Assembly: GCA_947494325.1 (NCBI GenBank)
Contig: CANLUS010000004.1
Span: 223,321 to 287,320, forward strand
Source of the DNA: an uncultured Flavobacteriaceae bacterium
GTDB taxonomy: Bacteria; Bacteroidota; Bacteroidia; Flavobacteriales; Flavobacteriaceae
DNA length: 64,000 bases
Reading direction: 5' to 3'
The notes under the pieces are model-generated. The model had not been told where the DNA came from. It made no database searches and saw only the letters and a list, made by a program, of their open reading frames with translations. A program made the position numbers and the translations under genes. Position 1 is the stretch's first letter, and every line of letters begins with the position of its first letter. Shown here piece after piece: positions 31,241 through 39,689 of the stretch.

Positions 31241-31266
31241 AAAAAAAATCCGCACTTAGTGCGGAT
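31241..31266 (-). terminator. rho-independent terminator after flotillin gene
   Basis: Minus-strand ATCCGCAC-TAA-GTGCGGAT hairpin followed by U7-8. Confidence 0.7.
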
Positions 31267-31276
31267 CTTCTTAGAT

Positions 31277-32725
31277 TTATTCTTCTTCTTTTTTCGGGGC
31301 TTCCTTTTTAGGAGCAATTACCTTTGACTTCATTTTTTTCTCCTCAGGATCTTTTCCTTTTAGATATTCGGGTAAATCCATACCCGCCATATTAAACATT
31401 TCTTGCAACGGAGGAACCGCTTTATACATTCCAGAAATGAAATTGGACGTTGATGTTGTACCATCTTTTCCACCTCCATTCTCCCAAACAGTTACTTTAT
31501 CAATTTTAATATTCTTTATAGCTTCTGCTTGTGTTTTCACTAATTCTGGTAATTTATCAGCAATTAATAATAATACAGCATCTTTAGAATTATTACCTGC
31601 AGCTTTTACAATTTGATCTAAACCAGCAGCTTGTTTTGTTAAAACTTCATACAATCCTTTTGCTTCTGCTTGTGCTTTAAACAAAATTGCATCAGCTTCA
31701 CCTTTTGCTCTCCTTCTAATTCTTTCAGCTTCAGCTTCAGCATCAATTTCGACTTTTCTTTTATCAATTTCTGCCGGTACGATGACATCTGCCATCTGTG
31801 AAGAACGTTCTCTTTCAGCTCTAGCCGATTCTGCTTCAGTTTCGGCCGCATATGACTCTTCTAAGGCCTTCGCAGATTGTACTTTCTCGGAAGCAATGGC
31901 CACACGTTCTGCTTCAGCTTCTCTTTGACGACGTAACGAATCTGAATTTGCAACGGCAATCTTAGCTGTATTTTCTCCTTCAACGGCTTGTGCGTTCGCT
32001 GCTGCTACCTGCGTTCTTTCATCTTGCACCGCGTTCGCTTCTCCAATAGAACCATCTCTAGTTTTCTCAGCAACAGATTTACGTGCAGCATTAATGGCAT
32101 GTGCTGCTGCTTCCTTACCTAAGGCTTCTATATATCCAGATTCATCAACTATATCAGTAATATTTACGTTGATCAGTTTTAAACCTACTTTCTTTAATTC
32201 AGATTCAACACTCTTTGAAATATTGGTTAGAAATTTATCTCTATCAGAGTTAATCTCTTCAATATCCATAGATGCCACAACTAATCGTAATTGTCCGAAA
32301 ATAATCTCCTGAGCTAATTCTTGAATATTATTCTGGTCTAATCCAAGTAATCTTTCAGCGGCATTTTGCATAATACCTGGTTCTGTAGAGACACCAATCG
32401 TAAAACGAGAAGGTACATTTACACGGATGTTTTGTTTAGATAATGCATTTATAAGGTTTACCTCAATTGAAATAGGTGTTAAGTCTAGAAACTGATAGTC
32501 TTGGATGACTGGCAAAATAAATGCAGCACCACCATGAATACATTTGGCAGATTGACCACCACCGACTTTACCGTACACAACTAATATTCTATCAGAAGGA
32601 CAGCGTTTATAGCGTTTTACTAATACAATTAAAATAACAACAATAAATAATATGGCGAAGATCAAAGCCATCGGGGCTCCTATACCTTCTAATCCAAGAC
32701 TTTCTTGGCTACTCAGTAATCTCAT
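31277..32725 (-). CDS. flotillin/SPFH (band-7) family protein
   Basis: 482 aa; N-terminal TM (start may be 32671, MALIFAILFIVV), SPFH domain, long Ala/Glu-rich coiled coil (AAANAQAVEGENTAKIAVANS...), KE-rich C-terminal tail. Paired with upstream NfeD-like gene. Confidence 0.88.
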   Translation of the reverse strand: MRLLSSQESLGLEGIGAPMALIFAILFIVVILIVLVKRYKRCPSDRILVVYGKVGGGQSAKCIHGGAAFILPVIQDYQFLDLTPISIEVNLINALSKQNIRVNVPSRFTIGVSTEPGIMQNAAERLLGLDQNNIQELAQEIIFGQLRLVVASMDIEEINSDRDKFLTNISKSVESELKKVGLKLINVNITDIVDESGYIEALGKEAAAHAINAARKSVAEKTRDGSIGEANAVQDERTQVAAANAQAVEGENTAKIAVANSDSLRRQREAEAERVAIASEKVQSAKALEESYAAETEAESARAERERSSQMADVIVPAEIDKRKVEIDAEAEAERIRRRAKGEADAILFKAQAEAKGLYEVLTKQAAGLDQIVKAAGNNSKDAVLLLIADKLPELVKTQAEAIKNIKIDKVTVWENGGGKDGTTSTSNFISGMYKAVPPLQEMFNMAGMDLPEYLKGKDPEEKKMKSKVIAPKKEAPKKEEE

Positions 32726-33326
32726 AGGTTTGTGGGTTTAAGGGTTCAATTGGTTTTTGTGTTTGGTTCACGATTAATATGCCATTGCTTGTAACATCAA
32801 CTACTTTAACTATAGTTCCAGATTTTAATTCATAAATAGAATCAGATAATGCTTCAAGTTCACGAAGTGATCCTTGCACTCGAATATGTACTTTTCCCAT
32901 TTTTGAGCGGCTTGCTCCAACGGTAAGGTAGACTTCACCGATACTATCAATCGCATTTTTATAATTTAGCGTGCCACTATCAGATAATTTTGACATAAAA
33001 TAAAATAGCGATGCCATAATGGTCATCATCAATAATCCGCAAAAAGTAGAAATGACAATCGTTAAAGATATAGGTAATCCCGCATCTATACAGGCGATAC
33101 CTGTCCATCCAAAAATGGTAAAGAAGCCTACTATATTCTTAAATGAGATAAACTGAAAACCTATTCCAGCATCCGCTTCGATATCAGCGTCTACATCTCC
33201 TATATCATCGGCGTCACCTCCAGTAAAAGCAAGGATCATTACGACGGTAAAGATAAGCGAGCCTATAATGGCGATTAACCAATATAGTTTCGGTAAAAAT
33301 TCTAAGTTTGAAAACCATTCGATCAT
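32709..33326 (-). CDS. NfeD-like membrane protein (flotillin partner, YqiJ-like)
   Basis: 205 aa; N-terminal TM helices with acidic DADDIGDVDADIEAD loop and a C-terminal OB-fold-like segment. Confidence 0.8.
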   Translation of the reverse strand: MIEWFSNLEFLPKLYWLIAIIGSLIFTVVMILAFTGGDADDIGDVDADIEADAGIGFQFISFKNIVGFFTIFGWTGIACIDAGLPISLTIVISTFCGLLMMTIMASLFYFMSKLSDSGTLNYKNAIDSIGEVYLTVGASRSKMGKVHIRVQGSLRELEALSDSIYELKSGTIVKVVDVTSNGILIVNQTQKPIEPLNPQTYEITE

Positions 33327-33375
33327 AGCTGTTAATTTTAATGAAATATAAAACCTTTTAACGGTTTTACAATAT

Positions 33376-34530
33376 TTATTTGGAAAGTAAAATGCTCACG
33401 GCATTTCCACCAAAACCAACGGCATTGACTAGTATTTTTTTGAGTTGTTTTGGTTGTTTTTGCTTGGCTACAAAAGGAACATCGATTGCTTTTTGGTATC
33501 TTAACATGAGTAATGCAAATTCTATACTTAGCATTCCTGAAGCTCCGAAAGTATGACCTAACTTCCACTTATTGGTAGTCAAAAAAGGAGTTTTGTTACA
33601 AAAAATCGTAGAAATAGCCTTAAATTCTGATAAATCACCCTTCTTTGTACCCGGTGCATGCATTACAATTACGTCAACCTCATTGGCATCGATATCGCCT
33701 AAAGCCATCTTCATAGAACGCTGAAAACACTGCGCTTCTGCAGAAATAGAGATATTGTGTTCTAAAACTTCAGTCGCGTATCCAACACCTTCTATATAGC
33801 CTAAAGCGTTTTCTTTTTTACCTTGTTCCAAACATGCCATACTTGCACCTTCTCCCAACACCATTGTGTTATGTTTTTTATCGAGAACTAAGGCTTGACA
33901 AGGATAAGTATCATTTTTTTTGGCATACACTTTTAAGGCTCGCATTTGAGCAATTGTAAATGATGTTAATGGAGCTTCACTCCCACCAACCAAGAACTTC
34001 TCCGTCATGCCACTTCCTATCCAAGCCACACCATTCAATAAGGCATGAAGTGCCGTAGAGCAGGTAATTGAATGGCTAATTTCTGGGCCTTGAGTTTGCA
34101 GATCATGTGCTACCCATGAAGAAATATTACCCAAGGTAGTTGTTGGTGAAGACAAAGTTTTCGCTTCATTGTCTTTTAAGAATTGCTTATGATATGTTTC
34201 AAATAAACCTGTAGCTCCTCTTGAAGAACCAATATTCACACCAAAGTTATCATCCCCATTCCAACCCGCTTGTTTCACGGCCAGTCGCGAAGCATAAATG
34301 GCAAATAAAACAGTATCATCTAACTTTTTGTACTTTGAATCAGATTTTCTTAAGGAATTAATCTCACTTTTTCCTTCAGCTGTTAATTTCGCAACCAAAG
34401 CCTCATTAGCATCAAAATTCGTTGTAGTTATAAAATGATTGTTATCTTGGTATCTTTTCCAAGTTTCCTCCAACGAAAAACCTAAGGGTGAAATAGAATG
34501 AATAGCTGTTATAGAAACTGGTACTTTCAA
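33376..34530 (-). CDS. beta-ketoacyl-ACP synthase I/II family enzyme (short form)
   Basis: 384 aa; KAS I/II catalytic triad present (Cys in ITCSTALHAL; His in MHAPGT; His in LGHTFGASG). Shorter than FabF/FabB. Same strand as the bio genes. Confidence 0.85.
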   Translation of the reverse strand: MKVPVSITAIHSISPLGFSLEETWKRYQDNNHFITTTNFDANEALVAKLTAEGKSEINSLRKSDSKYKKLDDTVLFAIYASRLAVKQAGWNGDDNFGVNIGSSRGATGLFETYHKQFLKDNEAKTLSSPTTTLGNISSWVAHDLQTQGPEISHSITCSTALHALLNGVAWIGSGMTEKFLVGGSEAPLTSFTIAQMRALKVYAKKNDTYPCQALVLDKKHNTMVLGEGASMACLEQGKKENALGYIEGVGYATEVLEHNISISAEAQCFQRSMKMALGDIDANEVDVIVMHAPGTKKGDLSEFKAISTIFCNKTPFLTTNKWKLGHTFGASGMLSIEFALLMLRYQKAIDVPFVAKQKQPKQLKKILVNAVGFGGNAVSILLSK

Positions 34531-34598
34531 TTGTTGAAATTTTTAGCAAAAGTAACAAAAGACCAAATAGCGATACTAATATATAAACGAAAAAAATT

Positions 34599-35033
34599 AT
34601 GAATACACATATACAGCAAAAAAGTTGGTTTCGTAGAAACTGGCTCTGGGTAGTTCCTGTTGGTGGATGCTTAACAATTATCTTACTATTTGTATTCGGA
34701 ATTGGAGCAGCAATTTTTGGTGTGTCTAAACTTTTCACTGAATCGGCACCTTACACGTATGCCTTAGAACGAGCCGCAACTGATGCGAATGTGATACGGC
34801 TTTTGGGAAATGATATTGAAAGTGACGGTATCATGCAAGGTAATATTTCATTGAGCAATAACGATGGTCATGTTGATATTACGATACCAATCAAAGGAAC
34901 AAAAGGAACTGGCAGTGTCACTATCACAGGTGAGAAAGAAAATGGGACATGGGTATATGAAAAGTTGTTTGTCACCATAAAAGAAACAAACGAACAAATC
35001 AATTTACTTGATAAAACTTTAGAAGGTATTTAG
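34599..35033 (+). CDS. hypothetical single-pass membrane protein
   Basis: 144 aa; one TM helix (WLWVVPVGGCLTIILLFVFGIGAAIFG), then a soluble domain. 15-nt convergent overlap with bioA end. Confidence 0.55.
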   Translation: MNTHIQQKSWFRRNWLWVVPVGGCLTIILLFVFGIGAAIFGVSKLFTESAPYTYALERAATDANVIRLLGNDIESDGIMQGNISLSNNDGHVDITIPIKGTKGTGSVTITGEKENGTWVYEKLFVTIKETNEQINLLDKTLEGI

Positions 35034-36284
35034 GGCTTCTTCGATGATATCGTACACTTTTCGTAATTGATTTTTATTTATCACAAAGGGTACTTGAATA
35101 TATATTGTATTGCCTAGAGGTCTTAAGAAAACCCCTCTTTCCATAAAGAATTTTAAGAGTTTATCTCTTAGATCTCCATAGCGTTCCATTTTTGTATTTA
35201 GATCTAGCGCAAAAATCACACCCAGCGAGCGCGCATTTTTTACTAGTGGATGTTTTTCGATGCGTTCTTGAAACTTTTTATGAGTCTTAGAAATTTCTTT
35301 AATACTCTGCTGTATTTCTTCAGTTTGCAGTAATTCAATTGCAGCATTTGCTGCAGAGCAAGCTATAGGATTTGCCGAATAGGTATGACAATGAAAAAAT
35401 CCCTTTGCCATATCGTTACTTAAAAAAGCTTCATATATTTCTTCCGTACAAGAAGTAATTGCCATAGGTACTAAACCAGCAGTTAATGCTTTGCTAAGAC
35501 ACATAATATCAGGCTTTGTTTCGACAAAATCTGAGGCAAAATAACTTCCTGTTTTACCGAAACCCGTCATCACCTCATCGGCGATGGTTAATATCTTTTG
35601 TGTTTTACAGAACGTCAAAATTTCATTTAACCCTTCAGCATCATGAATTTTCATTCCGGCTGCACCCTGAATAATAGGTTCATAGATAAACCCAGCGATT
35701 TTATTGGTGGTAGAATATTCCTTCAGTAGATTCAAAATAACTTGATGATTTTCTCCATTAGGAGTGGGAATCCGTTTAACTTCAATTAAGAAATCTTCAA
35801 AAGGTCCGTTATATACCGAAAGACCCGAAACAGACATTGCACCAAAGGTATCACCGTGAAATCCATTTTCAAAAGCGATAAATGTTGACCGTTTTTCTTC
35901 CCTATTAAAATAATATTGTAATGCCATTTTAATTCCTGCTTCTACGGCAGTCGAACCATTGTCATTAAAGAAAATTCGATTCTGATTTTGAGGTAAAATT
36001 TTAATCAGTTCCTCAGATAAGATCACCGCAGGTTCATGTGTAAAATCACTAAACATGACTTGATCTAATTGTTGCATTTGCTGATACACGCGACTCGTAA
36101 TAAAATCATTACAATGCCCAAACATACACGTATACCATGAAGAAATAGCATCTATATATTCATTACCATTTTCGTCGGTCAAAATACATCCTTTTGCTTT
36201 TACAATGGCTAAGCTATCAGGATGTAATTGATGCTGTTTTAGCGGATGCCACAAGTGTTTTTTATCGCGTTCTTGTAATGTCAT
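35019..36284 (-). CDS. bioA: adenosylmethionine-8-amino-7-oxononanoate aminotransferase
   Basis: 421 aa; class III aminotransferase, PLP-Lys context (DEVMTGFGKTG), BioA-like N-terminus (HLWHP). ATGA start/stop overlap with bioD. Confidence 0.93.
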   Translation of the reverse strand: MTLQERDKKHLWHPLKQHQLHPDSLAIVKAKGCILTDENGNEYIDAISSWYTCMFGHCNDFITSRVYQQMQQLDQVMFSDFTHEPAVILSEELIKILPQNQNRIFFNDNGSTAVEAGIKMALQYYFNREEKRSTFIAFENGFHGDTFGAMSVSGLSVYNGPFEDFLIEVKRIPTPNGENHQVILNLLKEYSTTNKIAGFIYEPIIQGAAGMKIHDAEGLNEILTFCKTQKILTIADEVMTGFGKTGSYFASDFVETKPDIMCLSKALTAGLVPMAITSCTEEIYEAFLSNDMAKGFFHCHTYSANPIACSAANAAIELLQTEEIQQSIKEISKTHKKFQERIEKHPLVKNARSLGVIFALDLNTKMERYGDLRDKLLKFFMERGVFLRPLGNTIYIQVPFVINKNQLRKVYDIIEEALNTF

Positions 36285-36892
36285 TATAACTTCTCTTTAA
36301 ATAGTTCAGCATACTCTTGAATCACATTTTGATCAAAGTAAGGTTCTTCATCGATGCGTCCAATAATTGGGACATTGGTCATCTTCGCTATAATACTCTC
36401 TGTTGACGGATGTGCTTCTCCGCTAAAAATAATAGATATATCAAATCCCTTTTCTTTTAAGAAATTTACCGTTAATAGTGTATGGTTGATACTACCTAAA
36501 TAATGACGTGAGACAACGATTACCTTGTATGAAGGTTTGATAAGGTCGGCTATTGTTTGGTTATCATTCAATGGAACTAAGACCCCTCCAGCGCCTTCAA
36601 TAACTAAATGATTTTTAGTCGAAGGTTTTTTAATTTTTTTCAAATCGATGGTCAGTCCATCTATTTCGGCAGCGGCATGAGGACTCATTGGTGTATGCAG
36701 CGCATAACTATTGGGGTGAATTTTAGAAGTTGAATTTGAGATCAGTTGCTCAACTTTGTGTGCATCGGCGTTCTCTAGTTCACCAGCCTGAACAGGTTTC
36801 CAATAATCAGCTTTTAATGCCTCTGTTACAATGGCGGAAGCAATGGTTTTACCAACTTCGGTAGAAATACCGGTAATAAAATACGTTTTCAT
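36284..36892 (-). CDS. bioD: dethiobiotin synthase
   Basis: 202 aa; P-loop-like FITGISTEVGKT, EGAGG motif. Confidence 0.92.
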   Translation of the reverse strand: MKTYFITGISTEVGKTIASAIVTEALKADYWKPVQAGELENADAHKVEQLISNSTSKIHPNSYALHTPMSPHAAAEIDGLTIDLKKIKKPSTKNHLVIEGAGGVLVPLNDNQTIADLIKPSYKVIVVSRHYLGSINHTLLTVNFLKEKGFDISIIFSGEAHPSTESIIAKMTNVPIIGRIDEEPYFDQNVIQEYAELFKEKL

Positions 36893-37269
36893 CTAAAAAT
36901 TGTCTTACAATCGTTACAGATATATTTCTTTTTCTCAAAAAAGGGAAATAATTGATACCATAAATTTCCTTCTTGTGGAGGTGCAATTAAAATACGTTTA
37001 GATTTACATTTCACGCAATATATGTCATTGCCCTGTTTATCTTTTTCATAAGATCGAATGCTATCATATAAAATTTTCGACTTGTTATAATCATCTATAT
37101 GCACCTGTAATTTAACACCTCCGATTGCCTGACTTAACAAGGGATCGGCATCAATAGTGACTTCATCGGTCAAAATAACTTCTATTCCTTCAGATTCTAA
37201 CTTAGATTTGGTAATCTGAGCCGCTGTTGAGTACTCAAATACAGCGAGCGTCTTAAACTTAGTATTCAT
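36889..37269 (-). CDS. small DUF2007-like protein with C-terminal Cys4 zinc ribbon (embedded in bio operon)
   Basis: 126 aa; N-terminal domain then CVKCKS...CNDCK (CxxC...CxxC). 4-nt overlap with bioD start and 8-nt gap after bioF stop. Confidence 0.7.
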   Translation of the reverse strand: MNTKFKTLAVFEYSTAAQITKSKLESEGIEVILTDEVTIDADPLLSQAIGGVKLQVHIDDYNKSKILYDSIRSYEKDKQGNDIYCVKCKSKRILIAPPQEGNLWYQLFPFFEKKKYICNDCKTIFR

Positions 37270-37277
37270 AATTTCTG

Positions 37278-38459
37278 TTATTGAACAAAAGTACTAAGTA
37301 AACTCGCAACATCCTTCATTTCTTGTTCAGAATTATAGGCGTGTAGACAAAAGCGAAGACGCTCTTGACCTTTAGGCACCGTTGGTGCTAAAATAGGTTT
37401 TACATCAAATCCTTTTTCCTGCAATTTATGTGCAATTAATTTTACATTTTTGGTGCCTTTAATTATACAGCTATGAATTGCAGAATTGCTCTCAATAAAT
37501 GTATTTTGAAGCTTATGCAATGTTAGTTGGGTTTTAAAATACGAAATATTCTGATGTAATTTTTTAATGTTTGATGCTCTTTCGCCATCATTTGTCATCG
37601 CATTATAAGCCTCTCTAATAGTTGCTAACGAATGTGGTGGTAATGCCGTTGTATAGATGAGACTTCTTGCAAAATTCACCAAATATTGTTTCAATTCGCG
37701 ACTCCCTAAAATTGCTGCTCCATGACAACCTAACGCCTTGCCAAACGTTACGATTCTTGCAAAAACTTCATGCTGTATCTCTAATTGCTGTAAGGCCCCA
37801 TAACCGCTCGCTCCAAATACTCCAACGGCATGTGCTTCGTCAACAATTATAAAGGCACCAAAGGCTTTACATAGTGTAGCCATAGCTTTTAAATCTGGGG
37901 TATCCCCGTCCATAGAAAATACAGACTCTGTAACTACGTAGATGGTTCCATCTTGTTGGAATCTTTTGAGCATTTCCTCAAGATGTGAGATATCATTATG
38001 TTTGAATTTATATGATTTTGCATTACTCATCGTTGCTCCATCTCGTATAGAAGCATGGATGAATTCGTCATATAAAATTACATCTCCGCGTTGCGGCACT
38101 GAAGAGAAGAAACCAATATTAGCGTCATATCCTGAATTGAAGATTATGGCTGCTTCACTTTCGTGGAAATCACAGAGCATCGTTTCGACAGTGTCATATA
38201 ACTGGTGGTTTCCAGATAGTAGTCTAGAACCTGTGGCTCCATTCTCTTGTAGATTGTGCTCAGTCAAATACCGATGTGCTCCCTCAAAAATTGTTGCTGA
38301 TTTTGAAAAACCTAAATAATCATTCGATGAGAAATCAATCAACTTATTTTTTATGTGAAGCGAACGTAATGCATTCTTTTCAATGCGTTGTTCGATTTTC
38401 TGTGTTATTATTTTAGGTGTTTTTTTCATTCTATAACAAAGATATAATACTTCGATCAA
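37278..38459 (-). CDS. bioF: 8-amino-7-oxononanoate synthase
   Basis: 393 aa (start possibly 38429, MKKTPK); alpha-oxoamine synthase with PLP-Lys motif (FGKALGCHGAA) and DEAH (IVDEAHAVG). Confidence 0.92.
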   Translation of the reverse strand: MIEVLYLCYRMKKTPKIITQKIEQRIEKNALRSLHIKNKLIDFSSNDYLGFSKSATIFEGAHRYLTEHNLQENGATGSRLLSGNHQLYDTVETMLCDFHESEAAIIFNSGYDANIGFFSSVPQRGDVILYDEFIHASIRDGATMSNAKSYKFKHNDISHLEEMLKRFQQDGTIYVVTESVFSMDGDTPDLKAMATLCKAFGAFIIVDEAHAVGVFGASGYGALQQLEIQHEVFARIVTFGKALGCHGAAILGSRELKQYLVNFARSLIYTTALPPHSLATIREAYNAMTNDGERASNIKKLHQNISYFKTQLTLHKLQNTFIESNSAIHSCIIKGTKNVKLIAHKLQEKGFDVKPILAPTVPKGQERLRFCLHAYNSEQEMKDVASLLSTFVQ

Positions 38460-38468
38460 AAAATCATT

Positions 38469-39689
38469 TTAACGCCTTCTATTTGCTAATAATGGTGGCG
38501 GTTCTCCTGTAAAAGGGTTCCATCTACTAATACTTTTTGCATCCATTCCAGAGGCACTAATAACTGCTCTATCGCCGTAACGTTCTCGCATATTGTCAAT
38601 GGCCTGACTTAAATTGATATGCTTTTCATTGTCTTCAAATAAATTGATTTGGTGCCCTCCTTCAACCAAATGACTAAAGCGTACTCCCACCAAACGCACC
38701 AATAAACGTCTATTGTATAAGTGCTTAAACAGGTCTAATACTTTAGGTATAATGCTTGTATCTAAGGAACTATACGGAATCCGTTTCTGTTGCGTATAGG
38801 TTTGAAAATCAGAGTATCTAATTTTAAATGTAATACAAGCGGTTAGCTTGTTACCTCTTCGCAATTGATAGGCTAAGTTTTCGGCCATTGCAATAATGAT
38901 ACTTCTTAATTTATGGATATCGGTGGTATCTTTATCAAAAGTACGCTCCGTAGAAATAGACTTACGTTCATGATATTGTACCACAGGAGAATTATCTATT
39001 CCACTTGCCTTTTTCCAAATACTCAAACCGTTTTTTCCCAGTACTTTATACATTAACTGCATGGGCATTTCTTGTACTGTAACAATTTTCTTAATTCCTA
39101 GATCACATAATGACTTATAGGTAACTTCACCAACCATAGGTATTTTACGAACAGATAAAGGTGCCAAAAAAGGCTTCTCATTCCCTTTTAAAATTTGAAT
39201 TTGATTATTCGGTTTCGCTTGACCTGTTGCAATTTTAGAAACTGTTTTATTAATTGACAACCCAAAAGAAATAGGCAAGCCCGTTTCTCTCATAATACGT
39301 TGTCTTAATTCGGATGCCAATTGATGACAACCAAAAAATTTATCTGTTCCTGTTAAGTCTATATAAAATTCATCTACAGAAGATTTCTCATATAAAGGTA
39401 CATTCTCTTTGATTACATCAGTAACCAAATTAGAATATTTACTATAAATTCCTGAATTACCTCTTAATACAATTGCTTCGGGACATAATTGTTTTGCCAT
39501 ACGCATAGGCATAGCAGAATGAATTCCAAATTTTCGAGCTTCATAACTACACGAAGCTACTACACCACGATCAGAAGTTCCTCCAATCAATACAGGTTTT
39601 CCGTTTAATCGACTATCCAACAAGCGTTCACACGACACAAAAAATGTGTCTAAATCCATATGTACAATAGCTCTATTATCTTGACTCAT
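38469..39689 (-). CDS. Y-family DNA polymerase, DinB (Pol IV)-like with intact catalytic residues
   Basis: 406 aa; aligns to E. coli DinB (VHMDLDTFFVSCE vs VDMDCFFAAVE; SVDEFYIDLT vs SLDEAYLDVT). The D, D, DE acidic catalytic residues are conserved. 4-nt overlap with the dnaE2 stop. Confidence 0.88.
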   Translation of the reverse strand: MSQDNRAIVHMDLDTFFVSCERLLDSRLNGKPVLIGGTSDRGVVASCSYEARKFGIHSAMPMRMAKQLCPEAIVLRGNSGIYSKYSNLVTDVIKENVPLYEKSSVDEFYIDLTGTDKFFGCHQLASELRQRIMRETGLPISFGLSINKTVSKIATGQAKPNNQIQILKGNEKPFLAPLSVRKIPMVGEVTYKSLCDLGIKKIVTVQEMPMQLMYKVLGKNGLSIWKKASGIDNSPVVQYHERKSISTERTFDKDTTDIHKLRSIIIAMAENLAYQLRRGNKLTACITFKIRYSDFQTYTQQKRIPYSSLDTSIIPKVLDLFKHLYNRRLLVRLVGVRFSHLVEGGHQINLFEDNEKHINLSQAIDNMRERYGDRAVISASGMDAKSISRWNPFTGEPPPLLANRRR

